NCBI GenBank assembly: GCA_036388065.1
Contig: DASVSP010000061.1
Location: forward strand, 7,703-71,702
DNA from: Allosphingosinicella sp.
GTDB lineage: Bacteria > Pseudomonadota > Alphaproteobacteria > Sphingomonadales > Sphingomonadaceae
Direction of reading: 5' to 3'
DNA length: 64,000 bases
Shown here: one piece after another, positions 1 through 10,512 of the stretch
Position numbering within the stretch: the stretch's first letter is position 1
How the letters are laid out: every line of letters begins with the position of its first letter
The notes under the pieces: generated by a model
What the model was told of the DNA's origin: nothing
The model's input: the letters and a program-made list of their open reading frames with translations, nothing else
Databases searched by the model: none
Made by a program: the position numbers and the translations under genes

Positions 1-2
1 TT

Positions 3-692
3 CCGATCGAGCAGGCCGATTTCGTCGCCGGGCACAGCCTGGGCGAATATAGTGCGCTCTGCTCGGCGGGCAGCTTCGATCTCGCGACTACCGCCCGACT
101 CCTCAAGCTTCGCGGCCAGGCGATGCAGCGCGCGGTGCCGGTGGGGCAGGGGGCGATGGCCGCGGTTCTCGGCGCCAGCGTCGAGATCGCTCGGGCCATC
201 GCCGATGCCGCCGCGCAGGGCGAGGTCTGCACCGTGGCCAACGACAACGATCCCACGCAGGTCGTCATCTCCGGGCATCGCGGCGCCGTCGAGAGGGCGC
301 TCGGAATCGCCAAGGAGAAAGGGGCCAAGCGCGCCGTCCTGCTCCCGGTTTCGGCGCCTTTCCACTCGCCGCTGATGGAGCCCGCCGCTCGAGAGATGGA
401 GCAGGCCCTCGCCGAAGTCGCGGTCGAAGAGCCGGCGGTGCGGCTCTACGCCAACGTCACGGCCGCGCCGGTCGAGGAGCCCGACGAAATCCGCCGGCTG
501 CTCGTCGAGCAGGTCACCGCAATGGTTCGCTGGCGCGAGAGCGTCGCGGCCATGGCCGAGGCGGGAGTGGACCATTTCGTCGAGTTCGGAGGCAAGGTGC
601 TGGGCCCCATGGTCAAGCGCATCTGCCCGGACGCGCGGGTGAGCAGCGTGGTGACGATGGCGGACATCGAAGCTCTCGTGAAGGAGATCTGA
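3..692 (+). CDS. fabD: Malonyl-CoA:ACP transacylase (5' truncated by window)
   Basis: Frame from nt 3 reads ...FVAGHSLGEY (GHSLG catalytic motif), LPVSAPFHS; upstream of fabG. Confidence 0.96.
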   Translation, partial: PIEQADFVAGHSLGEYSALCSAGSFDLATTARLLKLRGQAMQRAVPVGQGAMAAVLGASVEIARAIADAAAQGEVCTVANDNDPTQVVISGHRGAVERALGIAKEKGAKRAVLLPVSAPFHSPLMEPAAREMEQALAEVAVEEPAVRLYANVTAAPVEEPDEIRRLLVEQVTAMVRWRESVAAMAEAGVDHFVEFGGKVLGPMVKRICPDARVSSVVTMADIEALVKEI

Positions 693-699
693 CGCGAGG

Positions 700-776
700 C
701 GTCACCCCGGCGAAAGCCGGGGACTTAGGGTGAAGCGCCGGGTCTCGCCGGGGTACCGGCTTTCGCCGGGATGACG
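700..776. repeat. REP-like palindrome family A (GTCAcCCCGGCGAAAGCCGGG...CCGGCTTTCGCCGGGATGAC)
   Basis: Inverted repeat, recurs at 14895, 15704, 16324, 47094, 63034. Confidence 0.85.
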
Positions 777-788
777 GAGAAGGATGAC

Positions 789-1529
789 ATGTTCGACCTT
801 TCAGGAATGACCGCCCTCGTGACCGGAGCCTCCGGCGGAATCGGCTCCGCTATCGCCGCAGCGCTGGCTGGGCAGGGAGCGCGGCTCGCGGTGTCGGGTT
901 CCAACTCGGAGAAGCTGGAGGCCTTTCGAGCCGGGCTAGGCGGCGACCACGTCGCACTGCAGGCCAATCTGTCGGACTCCGCGGCGGTGGACGCACTGGT
1001 GCCCCAGGCCGTCGAGGCGCTCGGCGGCAAGCTGGATATCCTGGTCAACAACGCGGGCGTCACTCGCGACAACCTCGCCATGCGGATGAAGGACGAGGAA
1101 TGGTCCGACGTCCTTCGAATCAACCTGGAAGCGGCCTTCCGCCTGGCCCGCGCCGCGCTGAAGCCGATGATGCGCGCCCGGCATGGACGGATAATCTCGA
1201 TCACGTCGGTCGTCGGTTCGACCGGCAACCCCGGTCAGGCCAATTACGCGGCCTCGAAGGCCGGCCTGGTCGGGATGTCGAAGGCGCTCGCCCAGGAGGT
1301 CGCGAGCCGCGGAATTACAGTCAATTGCATCGCTCCCGGATTCATCCGGTCCCAGATGACCGATGCCCTTCCGGACGCCCAGAAGGAGTCGCTGCTCGGC
1401 CGCATCCCCGCCGGCAAGCTCGGAGAGGGGAACGACGTGGCGGCCGCCGCCGTTTACCTCGCCAGCCGGGAGGCCGGCTACGTCACGGGCCAGACCTTGC
1501 ACGTCAACGGCGGCATGGCGATGCTGTGA
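789..1529 (+). CDS. fabG: 3-oxoacyl-ACP reductase
   Basis: TGASGGIG, NNAG, YAASK SDR motifs; fab operon; start MFDLSG after AGGA. Confidence 0.96.
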   Translation: MFDLSGMTALVTGASGGIGSAIAAALAGQGARLAVSGSNSEKLEAFRAGLGGDHVALQANLSDSAAVDALVPQAVEALGGKLDILVNNAGVTRDNLAMRMKDEEWSDVLRINLEAAFRLARAALKPMMRARHGRIISITSVVGSTGNPGQANYAASKAGLVGMSKALAQEVASRGITVNCIAPGFIRSQMTDALPDAQKESLLGRIPAGKLGEGNDVAAAAVYLASREAGYVTGQTLHVNGGMAML

Positions 1530-1628
1530 CGGAGCTGGAATGACCGTTTCCGTTGCCGCCCCTTGCCAGCCCCGGCAGGGAGCGGCTAGGGCATCGCAAA
1601 ACTACCGCCAGGGAAGAAGGGCATACAC

Positions 1629-1865
1629 ATGAGCGAGACGTCCGATCGCGTGAAGAAAATCGTCGTCGAGCATCTCGGCGTCGAGGCCGAGAAGGTCACC
1701 GAGGAAGCGAGCTTCATCGACGATCTCGGCGCCGACAGCCTCGACATCGTCGAGCTGGTCATGGCGTTCGAAGAGGAGTTCGGAGTCGAGATTCCGGACG
1801 ACGCGGCCGAGAAGATCAGCACCGTCAAGGACGCGATCGACTATATCGAGGCCCACAAGGCTTAA
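1629..1865 (+). CDS. acpP: Acyl carrier protein
   Basis: [20 protein letters not shown]. Confidence 0.98.
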   Translation: MSETSDRVKKIVVEHLGVEAEKVTEEASFIDDLGADSLDIVELVMAFEEEFGVEIPDDAAEKISTVKDAIDYIEAHKA

Positions 1866-1908
1866 CCGCCTCGTTCGTCGGCCCGGCCGTGACCGAGCCG
1901 CTTGACAT

Positions 1909-1950
1909 GAACGGCTCCCCGCCCAAGGCGGGGGGCCGTTCGTCTTTTTG
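1909..1950 (+). terminator. Rho-independent terminator/attenuator after acpP
   Basis: GAACGGCTCCCCGC-ccaag-GCGGGGGGCCGTTC followed by TCTTTTT. Confidence 0.7.
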
Positions 1951-1969
1951 CGCTTTGAGGAGCTAGGCC

Positions 1970-3229
1970 ATGCGCCGCGTAGTCGTGACGGGTCTCGGGA
2001 TGGTGTCGCCGCTCGGCGCCGACGTCGAGACCAGCTGGAAGAACATCCTGGCGTCGAAGAGCGGCGCGACCCGCATCACCCGGTTCGATCCTACGGATTT
2101 CGCCTGCCAGGTCGCTTGCGAGGTGAAGCCGCCGGAGCATGAATATGGCTTCGACCCGGCGAAGCGCGTCGACCACAAGGTGCAGCGGCAGGTCGATCCG
2201 TTCATCATCTACGGCCTAGACGCGGCCGGCCAGGCGCTCGAAGATTCCGGCCTCACCGACATGACCGAGGAACAGAGGTTGCGCGCCGGGGTCTCGATCG
2301 GCTCGGGCATCGGCGGCCTTCCGGGGATCGAGAAGGAATCGATCGTCCTCCACGAAAAGGGTCCGCGCCGGGTCAGCCCGCACTTCGTCCACGGGCGCCT
2401 GATCAACCTCATTTCGGGCCAGGTCTCGATCAAATACGGGCTGATGGGCCCCAACCACGCGGTCGTCACCGCCTGCTCGACCGGCGCCCATTCGATCGGG
2501 GACGCGGCCCGCATGGTCGCTCTCGACGATGCCGACGTGATGGTCGCAGGCGGTGCCGAGAGCGCGCTGTGCCCGCTGGGGATCGCCGGCTTCGCCCAGG
2601 CGCGGGCGCTTTCGACCCGGTATAACGACCAGCCCGAAAAGGCCTCGCGCCCCTACGACAAGGATCGCGACGGCTTCGTCATGGGCGAAGGCGCGGGAGT
2701 CGTCGTCCTCGAGGAATATGAGCACGCCAAGAAGCGCGGCGCCAAGATCTACGCCGAGCTGGTCGGCTACGGCATGTCCGGCGATGCCTACCACGTCACT
2801 GCGCCGCATCCGGAAGGCGCGGGCGGCTATCGCGCCATGGAAGCGGCGATGAGGCGCTCCGGCCTCGATCTGTCGGACATCGACTATATCAACGCCCACG
2901 GCACCTCGACCCCGATGGGCGACGAGCTCGAGCTTGGCGCCGTCCGCCGGCTGTTCGGCAACGCCGTGGGCAAGCTGTCGATGAGCTCGACCAAGTCGGC
3001 CATCGGCCACCTGCTCGGCGGCGCCGGAGCGGTCGAGGCGATCTTCTGCATGCTGGCAATCCGCGACCAGATCGTTCCACCGACCCTCAACCTCGACAAT
3101 CCTAGCGACGGTACGGCCGGGGTCGATCTCGTTCCCCATTTCCCCAAGGAGCGGCAGGTGAAGGCAGTGCTGAACAACAGTTTCGGCTTCGGCGGCACCA
3201 ATGCCAGCCTGGTGATGCGGGCCGTCTGA
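1970..3229 (+). CDS. fabF: Beta-ketoacyl-ACP synthase II
   Basis: TACSTG, NAHGTST, GHLLG, NSFGFGG. Confidence 0.97.
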   Translation: MRRVVVTGLGMVSPLGADVETSWKNILASKSGATRITRFDPTDFACQVACEVKPPEHEYGFDPAKRVDHKVQRQVDPFIIYGLDAAGQALEDSGLTDMTEEQRLRAGVSIGSGIGGLPGIEKESIVLHEKGPRRVSPHFVHGRLINLISGQVSIKYGLMGPNHAVVTACSTGAHSIGDAARMVALDDADVMVAGGAESALCPLGIAGFAQARALSTRYNDQPEKASRPYDKDRDGFVMGEGAGVVVLEEYEHAKKRGAKIYAELVGYGMSGDAYHVTAPHPEGAGGYRAMEAAMRRSGLDLSDIDYINAHGTSTPMGDELELGAVRRLFGNAVGKLSMSSTKSAIGHLLGGAGAVEAIFCMLAIRDQIVPPTLNLDNPSDGTAGVDLVPHFPKERQVKAVLNNSFGFGGTNASLVMRAV

Positions 3230-3236
3230 GGCCGGC

Positions 3237-4202
3237 ATGAAGAAGCTCGTAGCGCTCGTCCTGCTGCTGGCGGCCGGGCTCGCCGTCGGCCTCTGGTTCG
3301 TCCAGGGATGGAGCGGCGCTGGCCCCTCCCGCCAGCCGACGGCGGTCCTGATCGCTCCCGGCACCAGCATGGTGGCCGCGGCCAACCAGCTGGAAAAGGC
3401 CGGAGTGATCGCTTCGGCCGAGCGCTTCCTCCTCCAGGCCAAATTGTTCGGCGGCGGCGAGTCGATCAAGGCCGGCGAATATGAGATTCCGGCCGGCGCC
3501 AGCCACTCCCAAATTCTTTCCCTGCTGCAGAGGGCCAAGACCCTTCAGCGCATGGTGACCGTTCCGGAAGGCCTTCCCTCGGTCCTCGTTCACGAGCGGC
3601 TGATGAAGGCCCCCGCTCTGACCGGCGAGGCGCCCGTGCCCGAGGAGGGAAGCGTCCTCCCCAACAGCTACAGCTACCAGCGCGGCGAGCCGCGCGCCGC
3701 GGTCGTGAAGCGGATGCAGGCGGCGATGGAGCGGACCCTCGCCGAGCTTTGGCCGAAGCGAAACCCTTCGACCGTGGTCAAGACCCCGGCCGAGGCGGTG
3801 ACCCTCGCGTCCATCGTCGAGAAGGAGACCGGCAAGGCCTCGGAGCGGCGGATGATCGCCGGAGTCTATTCCAACCGGCTTCGGCAGGGAATGAAGCTCG
3901 ATGCCGATCCGACCGTCATCTACCCGATCACCAAGGGCAGGCCGCTGGGCCGGCGGATCCTTCGGTCGGAGCTGAACTCCAACAACGGCTACAATACCTA
4001 TGCGATGGCCGGTCTGCCGGTCGGCCCGATCGCCAATCCCGGCAAGGAGTCGATCGCCGCGGTGCTCAACCCGGCGGACACTCAGGCGCTCTACTTCGTC
4101 GCCGACGGCACCGGGGGGCACGTCTTCGCCAACACTCTGGCGGAGCATAATGCCAACGTCGCCAAATGGTTCGCGCTCAGGCGCGCGCGCGGCGAGATGT
4201 AG
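3237..4202 (+). CDS. mltG: Endolytic transglycosylase MltG (YceG)
   Basis: N-terminal TM, LASIVEKET, DPTVIY, YNTY..GLP.GPIANPG; follows fabF. Confidence 0.94.
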   Translation: MKKLVALVLLLAAGLAVGLWFVQGWSGAGPSRQPTAVLIAPGTSMVAAANQLEKAGVIASAERFLLQAKLFGGGESIKAGEYEIPAGASHSQILSLLQRAKTLQRMVTVPEGLPSVLVHERLMKAPALTGEAPVPEEGSVLPNSYSYQRGEPRAAVVKRMQAAMERTLAELWPKRNPSTVVKTPAEAVTLASIVEKETGKASERRMIAGVYSNRLRQGMKLDADPTVIYPITKGRPLGRRILRSELNSNNGYNTYAMAGLPVGPIANPGKESIAAVLNPADTQALYFVADGTGGHVFANTLAEHNANVAKWFALRRARGEM

Positions 4203-4295
4203 CCGTCATTGCGAGGAGGGCAGCGACGCGGCAATCCACCGCGGCGTACGCGCCAGGCGCAGCACTGGATTGCTTCGCTACGCTCGCAATGACGG
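4203..4295. repeat. REP-like palindrome family B (GTCATTGCGAG...GCAATCC...GGATTGCTTCG...CTCGCAATGAC)
   Basis: Recurs at 12860, 15067, 44050, 50979, 56746, 57383. Confidence 0.85.
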
Positions 4296-4299
4296 AAGC

Positions 4300-5238
4300 C
4301 TACAGCGTCAGCCTGCGCTTTTCGATCGCCGCGCCGCTGCCCGGCGCCCGGGCGCAGGTGAAGGGCTCGACCGTGACCTTCAGCGCCTGGTGGCTGACCT
4401 GGATCGCCATTCGGTCGTCGACCATCATCCCGACATGGTCCTCGCAGAAGAGGAGGTCCCCGCGCTTCAGCGGCGCGTCTTCACCCAGCGGCTCGCCGAG
4501 CGCACGCTGCTCCTTTGAGTCGCGCGGCGCGTCGATGCCGCAAAGCTGCAGCGCAAGCTGGACGAGACCCGAGCAGTCGATTCCGTGACAGGTCCGCCCC
4601 CCCGGGCGGTAAGGCGCCCCGAGCAGCCGCTGGGCGACCGCGACCGGATCCTCCTCATGTTCGCCCACCGGCCGCAGGTAGGACAAGGGCACGAAGCCGC
4701 CCTCGAACTCGAGCGAGGCGCCGCGCGCTTCGCCGTGGATTCGCGAGCCGAGCGGGAGATAAGAGAGGGTGGCGGCGAGCGGGTCGGGCCCGGACTGGAT
4801 CGGCGCCTGAGCCTCGATCACGACGTGGGTGGCCTCAAGCGGCTCGGCGAGCCTGATCGCCTCGACATAGCCGACCCGGTGATCGGCCGTGCAATAGCCC
4901 CAGGCCCAGCCGGCGGTGAGATCGAGCATTGCGAAGCTCTCGCCCGGGAGGAGCTCGGAGACCGCCTCCGCTCCGTCCGCCGGCTCGAGCAGGACCGGAG
5001 CGGGGATCAGGCCGCACGCACGCAGGAGAGGGGCGGCATAATGAGGAGCGAACAGGCGGCCGGCGAGTGCGATGTCGGCAATGTCTCTTCGCCAGGCATA
5101 GAGTCGCGGATCGAGCCGGACCGAAGGCCCGCCGAGGGAGATCCTCCGGTCAGTGCTGGAGGAGGATGCCCCGTTCCTTGGCCGCGCCCCGGCGGCTCGA
5201 GCTTTCCTGCTGCTCGATATTGCGTTCGAAGCGCTCAA
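4300..5238 (-). CDS. NlpC/P60 (C40) peptidase with SH3-like N-terminal region; start uncertain
   Basis: GAPYRPGGRTCHGIDCSGLVQ and DHVG catalytic motifs. Confidence 0.88.
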   Translation of the reverse strand: MSASNAISSSRKARAAGARPRNGASSSSTDRRISLGGPSVRLDPRLYAWRRDIADIALAGRLFAPHYAAPLLRACGLIPAPVLLEPADGAEAVSELLPGESFAMLDLTAGWAWGYCTADHRVGYVEAIRLAEPLEATHVVIEAQAPIQSGPDPLAATLSYLPLGSRIHGEARGASLEFEGGFVPLSYLRPVGEHEEDPVAVAQRLLGAPYRPGGRTCHGIDCSGLVQLALQLCGIDAPRDSKEQRALGEPLGEDAPLKRGDLLFCEDHVGMMVDDRMAIQVSHQALKVTVEPFTCARAPGSGAAIEKRRLTL

Positions 5239-5521
5239 GGAACTCCTGTCCTATGCTGGTCTGGGCGACGAAGACGTTGCGGCGGTCCGCTTCGTCGCGC
5301 ACTCGGCGCAGATAGCCGAGCGTACCCAGCGTATTCAAGGCGCGCGTGATCACCGGCTTCGATACGCCCAATATGTGGGCCAGGCCGCGTACCGTATGCG
5401 GCCCCGGGCTGAGATAGACGAGGAGCATCAGCGCCATCTGGCGATTGGTGAGGTCCGGCTGGCCTGACCGCACGTAGCTGATCAGCGTCTGCATCCAGCT
5501 CCTGAGAGCGCGCTCTGACAC
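5150..5521 (-). CDS. MarR-family transcriptional regulator
   Basis: DLTNRQMA...TVRGLA...SKPVITRALN...RDEADRR winged helix. Confidence 0.88.
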   Translation of the reverse strand: MSERALRSWMQTLISYVRSGQPDLTNRQMALMLLVYLSPGPHTVRGLAHILGVSKPVITRALNTLGTLGYLRRVRDEADRRNVFVAQTSIGQEFLERFERNIEQQESSSRRGAAKERGILLQH

Positions 5522-5628
5522 TGGCTTGTCTCCAAATTTCCAGGCAGCTTGTTCCGGGTCCTAAACCAGTCAGGACGGTTTTCGTTTCGTTAAATATTGA
5601 GAATTCGACACAAAAACCGCTCGGCCCG

Positions 5629-7017
5629 TCAATCGCCGTAACGACCGGACAGGGCGGACCACGATGCTCGAAGGCCGAAAGCATCGCCGCCCTTGGGCCT
5701 TCCGGGCTTCGCCGAGCCCCGCCAGGCGTAGGTGTCGAAATGCGCCCAGGGCAGGCCGTCCGGAACGAATTTCTTGAGGAACAAGGCGGCGGTGACGGCG
5801 CCCGCCATCGGCGAGTCGCCCGAATTGCTCAGGTCGGCGATGTCGGAGGAGAGCATTTCTTCGTAGGGGGCCCAGAGCGGCATCCGCCAGACCGGGTCGG
5901 ACGAAGCCTCCGCTCCGGCGAGCAGGGCGGCGGCGAGCGGATCGTCGTTCGCGAACAGTGCGGGCAGGTCCGGCCCGAGCGCCGTGCGGGCCGCTCCCGT
6001 CAGGGTGGCGAAGTCGAGGATCAGCTCGGGCGCGCCTTCCGCCGCCTTGGCGAGGGCGTCGCCGAGGATGAGCCGGCCTTCCGCGTCGGTATTGTCCACT
6101 TCGACGGTGAGGCCCTTGCGGCTCGCCAGAACGTCGCCCGGCCGGAAGGCGGCCGCGGAAACCGAATTCTCGACCGCGGGGATGAGCAGATGGAGCCGGA
6201 CGGGCAAGCGGCTCTTCATCGCCAGGCTGGCGAGGGCCAGCGCATGGGCGGCGCCGCCCATATCCTTTTTCATGATCCGCATTCCCGACGCCGGCTTGAT
6301 GTCGAGGCCGCCGGAATCGAAGCAGACGCCTTTCCCCACCAGGGCGATCCGGGGATGACGGCGATCGCCCCATTCCAGCTCGATCAGCCGCGGGGCGCGC
6401 TCCGCCGACGCGGCTCGGCCCACCGCGGCGATCATCGGATAGCCTTCGTCGAGGGCGGCGCCGGAAGTGACGGAAACCTCGGCCCCGAACGCTTCCGCGA
6501 CCGCCCGGACTGCCGACTCGAGCTGGGCCGGACCGAGGTCGCCGGCCGGCAGGTTGACCAGGTCGCGCACGAGGCCGGTCGCTTCCGCGAGGTTCAGGAT
6601 TTCCTGGATTCGCGCGGGCTCCGAAGTGAGGAGGACTCGCGGCCCGGCCTTGCCTTGAGCCTTCTTGAATCGCTCGAACCGATATTGACCGAGCAGCCAG
6701 CCCAGCGCGGAGATGCCGGGCGGTCGGCCGTCCAGGCGGTATCGGCCCTCCGGCAGGGCCTCCGCCGCCTTGGCCAGGCACCATGGACCGAGTTCGGCCA
6801 CCTCGGCGACTCCGAGCACCACCGACCACCTGGACTGCTCTCCAGGAAGGATCGCCATCTGAAAGGCTTCCCCGCGGAATCCCTGAGCGCTGACGGAGCT
6901 CCGGACGCGCTCCGGCTGACCCTTCAGCCAGTCGGCAAAGCCTTTCTTGTCGATGAGATGGAGCGCCGTCGCGGACTGTGCGCGGTCCGGCTGAAGCAGG
7001 TCGGTGAAGGTGTTCAT
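5629..7017 (-). CDS. Leucyl aminopeptidase (M17)
   Basis: VGKGVCFDSGG, MKKDMGGAA, NTDAEGRL; start MNTFTD. Confidence 0.93.
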   Translation of the reverse strand: MNTFTDLLQPDRAQSATALHLIDKKGFADWLKGQPERVRSSVSAQGFRGEAFQMAILPGEQSRWSVVLGVAEVAELGPWCLAKAAEALPEGRYRLDGRPPGISALGWLLGQYRFERFKKAQGKAGPRVLLTSEPARIQEILNLAEATGLVRDLVNLPAGDLGPAQLESAVRAVAEAFGAEVSVTSGAALDEGYPMIAAVGRAASAERAPRLIELEWGDRRHPRIALVGKGVCFDSGGLDIKPASGMRIMKKDMGGAAHALALASLAMKSRLPVRLHLLIPAVENSVSAAAFRPGDVLASRKGLTVEVDNTDAEGRLILGDALAKAAEGAPELILDFATLTGAARTALGPDLPALFANDDPLAAALLAGAEASSDPVWRMPLWAPYEEMLSSDIADLSNSGDSPMAGAVTAALFLKKFVPDGLPWAHFDTYAWRGSAKPGRPKGGDAFGLRASWSALSGRYGD

Positions 7018-7211
7018 CTGGATACCTGAAACAAGGAAGTGAATGAGCGGAATCAAATTCATTACGTACATAAATCGGGTGAAGACAACGACCTGCATAG
7101 GTCAAGACAGGCTCAAAGTTGGTCTACTTTACCTCATCGAGGGAAAATGTTAACTTGTGACCGCGGGTCATGGAAAGATCTTGCCCCGTCAACGACAGTG
7201 GGGAGGTTATT

Positions 7212-7502
7212 ATGATGCTTGCCTTTGCAGCGATGATGGGATGGTGCGGAACCAAGTGGCCGGGCTGGTGGCGTCCGGGTCCGCGGCCGGGACCGGGCGA
7301 TCCGTGGTATGTACCGGTGCTTGGAGCGATCGGCGGCATAGGCGCCTGGATCGTGTTCGGCCCCGAACTGGGCCGCGGCGGCGGGCTGGTCCCGGTCGCG
7401 ACGCTCGGCTTCTTCGGCGGCATGTTCCTGGGCTCGCTCGGCGACATGGTCGGCGGGCTCGCCAATCGGGGCGCCAACATCAACGCCGGCCCGACCGGCT
7501 GA
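7212..7502 (+). CDS. Small Gly-rich membrane protein with WCGT/Pro-rich motif
   Basis: GGAGG RBS; MMLAFAAMMGWCGTKWPGWWRPGPRPGPGDPW plus 2 hydrophobic Gly-rich helices. Confidence 0.7.
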   Translation: MMLAFAAMMGWCGTKWPGWWRPGPRPGPGDPWYVPVLGAIGGIGAWIVFGPELGRGGGLVPVATLGFFGGMFLGSLGDMVGGLANRGANINAGPTG

Positions 7503-7535
7503 CGGCGGCGCGCAGCGGCACCCGCCGCTGCCGTC

Positions 7536-8867
7536 TCAACGGAGGGGGACGCCGAAGAGGTCATGCTCGTCGGCGTCCTCGATCCGGACCGATAGCAGGT
7601 CGCCCGGCTTCGCGCCGGGCGCGTCGCGAAGGTGGACTTCGCCGTCGATCTCGGGCGCGTCGGCCTTGGACCGGCCGGTGGCGCCCCCTTCGCCGTCCGC
7701 GAAGTCGATTAGGACGTCGATCTCGCGGCCGATCTTCGCCTGCAGCTTGGCGGCGGAGATCCGGGCGGTGAGCTCCATCAGCCTGGCGTAGCGCTCTTCC
7801 TTGACCTCTTCGGGCACCGCTCCGGGCAGGGTGTTGGCAGCCGCGCCCTCGACCGGCTCGAAGCGAAAGGCACCGACCCGGTCGAGCTGGGCTTCTTCGA
7901 GCCACTGCATCAGATATTCGAAATCCGCTTCCGTCTCGCCCGGGAAACCGACGACGAAGGTCGAGCGGATGGCAATGTCCGGGCAGATCCGCCGCCAGCC
8001 GCGGATCCGCTCGAGCACCTTGGCTTCGTTGGCGGGCCTGCGCATCGCTTTCAGGACGGTTCGGGAGGCATGCTGGAAGGGGATGTCGAGATAGGGAAGG
8101 ACCAGGCCCTCGGCCATGAGCGGGATGACCTGATCGACGTGCGGATAGGGGTAGACGTAGTGGAGGCGAACCCAGGCACCGAGCTTGCCGAGCTCCCGGG
8201 CCAGGTCCGTCATGTGGGCCCGCGCTTCGCCGCCTTTCCAGGGCCATGAGGCATGCCGGACGTCGACCCCATAGGCCGAGGTGTCCTGGCTGATGACCAG
8301 CAGCTCCCTGGTTCCGGCGGCGATCAGCTTCTCGGCTTCGCGCAGGATCGCGTCGGGGCGGCGGCTGACCAGGTCGCCGCGAAGGCTCGGGATGATGCAG
8401 AAGCTGCAGCGATGGTTGCAGCCTTCCGAGATCTTCAGGTAGCTGTAGTGGCGCGGAGTGAGCTTGAGGCCGCCGTCCGGCACCAGGTTGAGGAAGGCCG
8501 AGGGCGGCATCGGAGCGGCGACGTGGACCGCTCCGACGACCTGCTCATATTGGTGGGCGCCGGTGACCGCGAGCACCTGCGGGAAGCGCTCCCGGATGAC
8601 CTCCGCTTCCCTGCCCATGCAGCCGGTGACGATGACCCGTCCGTTCTCGGCAATGGCTTCGCCGATGGCCGCGAGGCTCTCCTCCTTGGCGCTGTCCAGG
8701 AACCCGCAGGTATTTACAAGAACGACGTCGGCGCCCGCATAATCGGGCGACATCTGGTAGCCGTCCGACCGGAGCTTGGTCAGGATGCGCTCGGAATCGA
8801 CGAGGTTCTTCGGACAGCCGAGCGAAACCATGCCGACCTTGGGCGGGGAGGGGAGGATGGTGGCCAT
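7536..8867 (-). CDS. rimO: Ribosomal protein S12 methylthiotransferase
   Basis: [20 protein letters not shown] radical SAM motif, C-terminal TRAM (DAPEIDG). Confidence 0.96.
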   Translation of the reverse strand: MATILPSPPKVGMVSLGCPKNLVDSERILTKLRSDGYQMSPDYAGADVVLVNTCGFLDSAKEESLAAIGEAIAENGRVIVTGCMGREAEVIRERFPQVLAVTGAHQYEQVVGAVHVAAPMPPSAFLNLVPDGGLKLTPRHYSYLKISEGCNHRCSFCIIPSLRGDLVSRRPDAILREAEKLIAAGTRELLVISQDTSAYGVDVRHASWPWKGGEARAHMTDLARELGKLGAWVRLHYVYPYPHVDQVIPLMAEGLVLPYLDIPFQHASRTVLKAMRRPANEAKVLERIRGWRRICPDIAIRSTFVVGFPGETEADFEYLMQWLEEAQLDRVGAFRFEPVEGAAANTLPGAVPEEVKEERYARLMELTARISAAKLQAKIGREIDVLIDFADGEGGATGRSKADAPEIDGEVHLRDAPGAKPGDLLSVRIEDADEHDLFGVPLR

Positions 8868-8904
8868 GGGAAGGGCGCTAGATAGGCGCCCCGGACGGAT
8901 TTTC

Positions 8905-9096
8905 CTAGGGGGCGACGTCCAGGTCGCCGTCCTCGGCGCGGAAGCGGTGCAGCGCGGCCTTCAATTCGTCCCGCTTCCTGTCCAGGGCGAAGTCGAATTC
9001 GAGCCACACGTTTTCGGTCGGAGTGACCGGAGTCGCGGCCGAAATCGAGCCGCCGACCTCGAGCCCCGAGGAGAAATCGGAAAAGGAGAAGCTCAT
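8905..9096 (-). CDS. Small hypothetical protein
   Basis: Short ORF filling the intergenic gap; no motif recognised. Confidence 0.35.
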   Translation of the reverse strand: MSFSFSDFSSGLEVGGSISAATPVTPTENVWLEFDFALDRKRDELKAALHRFRAEDGDLDVAP

Positions 9097-9321
9097 ATGC
9101 ACACCCGCCGGCTGCCCGTTCGAGGCCGATCATAAGGCGGAAGGGTTAAGTCGGCGCTAAGCCACGGGCGGGACTCTTCCCCTCCCTGGAAGGGAGAGGC
9201 TAGGGTTGGGTCCGCCGAGTGCGGTCGAAACTCCAAGTTTCGTAAGGTATCGCTTGGCTCGCCTACCCAACCCAGCCCCCTTCCTTCCAGGAAGGGGAGT
9301 CAAGGAGGGACACTTTCTCCG

Positions 9322-10512
9322 ATGCCGTCCCGTCCCGCCCTCCCGCGCTCGGTGATCGCGCTCGGATTCGTCAGCCTGGCGATGGATCTGTCGTCGGAGA
9401 TGATCCACGCCCTCCTTCCGCTCTTCATGGTCGGGACCCTGGGGCTCAGCGTGGCCGCAGTCGGGCTGATCGACGGGATCGCGGAATCGACCGCCTCCAT
9501 CACCAAGCTGTTCTCGGGCTGGCTCTCCGACCGGATTGGCCGGAGGAAACCGCTGATCCTGCTCGGCTACGGCCTTGCGGCGTGCTCGAAGCCGCTCTTC
9601 CCGATCGCCACCGGAGCTCTGCCGGTGCTCGCGGCACGCTTCGCCGACCGGATCGGAAAGGGGATAAGGGGCGCCCCTCGCGACGCCCTCATCGCCGATT
9701 CGACTCCGGCCGCGATCCGCGGCCGGGCGTTCGGGCTTCGCCAGTCGATGGACACGGCCGGCGCCTTCGCCGGGCCGCTCCTCGCCATCGGACTGATGCT
9801 GCTGCTTTCGAACGACATCCGCTCGGTCTTCTGGATCGCCGTCGTCCCGGCCGCGCTCGCGGTCCTGATCGTGCTCTTCGCGGTCGAGGAACCGGCCGCG
9901 GCCCCGGACGCCGCCGCCCGGGTCCCGCTCCGGCTCGCCGACCTGAAGCGGCTCGACCGCGCCTATTGGGCCGTGGTCGGAATCGGGCTGCTCTTCACCT
10001 TGGCTCGGTTCAGCGAGGCCTTCCTGATCCTCAAGGCCTCGGACCAGGGCCTTCCGCTCTGGCTGGCTCCGGCGGTCCTGGTGGTGATGAACCTGGTTTA
10101 CTCGGCAGCGGCCTATCCGGCCGGGATCGCGTCGGACCGGATCGGGACCCGGGGGCTGCTTCTGGCGAGCCTCGCCGTGCTGGCCGCCGCCGACCTGCTG
10201 CTCGCCCTCGTTCCGGGCTTGTCGGCCGCCTTTGCCGCAATCGCCTTGTGGGGCCTTCACATGGGCCTGAGCCAGGGCTTGCTGTCGCGCCTCGTCGCGG
10301 ACCGCTCGCCGCCTGCGCTGCGCGGCTCCGCCTTCGGCCTGTTCAACCTCGTTTCCGGAATCGCGATGCTTGCGGCGAGCGTGACGGCGGGTCTGCTCTG
10401 GGACCGCTTCGGGCCGGCGGCGACCTTCCTGGCGGGGGCCGGATTTGCGGCGGCAGCGATGGTGGCGCTTCTAATCCTCTCCCGCGAAAGCGAGAGAGGG
10501 TCGGCTGCCTAG
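9322..10512 (+). CDS. MFS transporter
   Basis: ~12 TM, GWLSDRIGRRK motif A. Confidence 0.92.
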   Translation: MPSRPALPRSVIALGFVSLAMDLSSEMIHALLPLFMVGTLGLSVAAVGLIDGIAESTASITKLFSGWLSDRIGRRKPLILLGYGLAACSKPLFPIATGALPVLAARFADRIGKGIRGAPRDALIADSTPAAIRGRAFGLRQSMDTAGAFAGPLLAIGLMLLLSNDIRSVFWIAVVPAALAVLIVLFAVEEPAAAPDAAARVPLRLADLKRLDRAYWAVVGIGLLFTLARFSEAFLILKASDQGLPLWLAPAVLVVMNLVYSAAAYPAGIASDRIGTRGLLLASLAVLAAADLLLALVPGLSAAFAAIALWGLHMGLSQGLLSRLVADRSPPALRGSAFGLFNLVSGIAMLAASVTAGLLWDRFGPAATFLAGAGFAAAAMVALLILSRESERGSAA

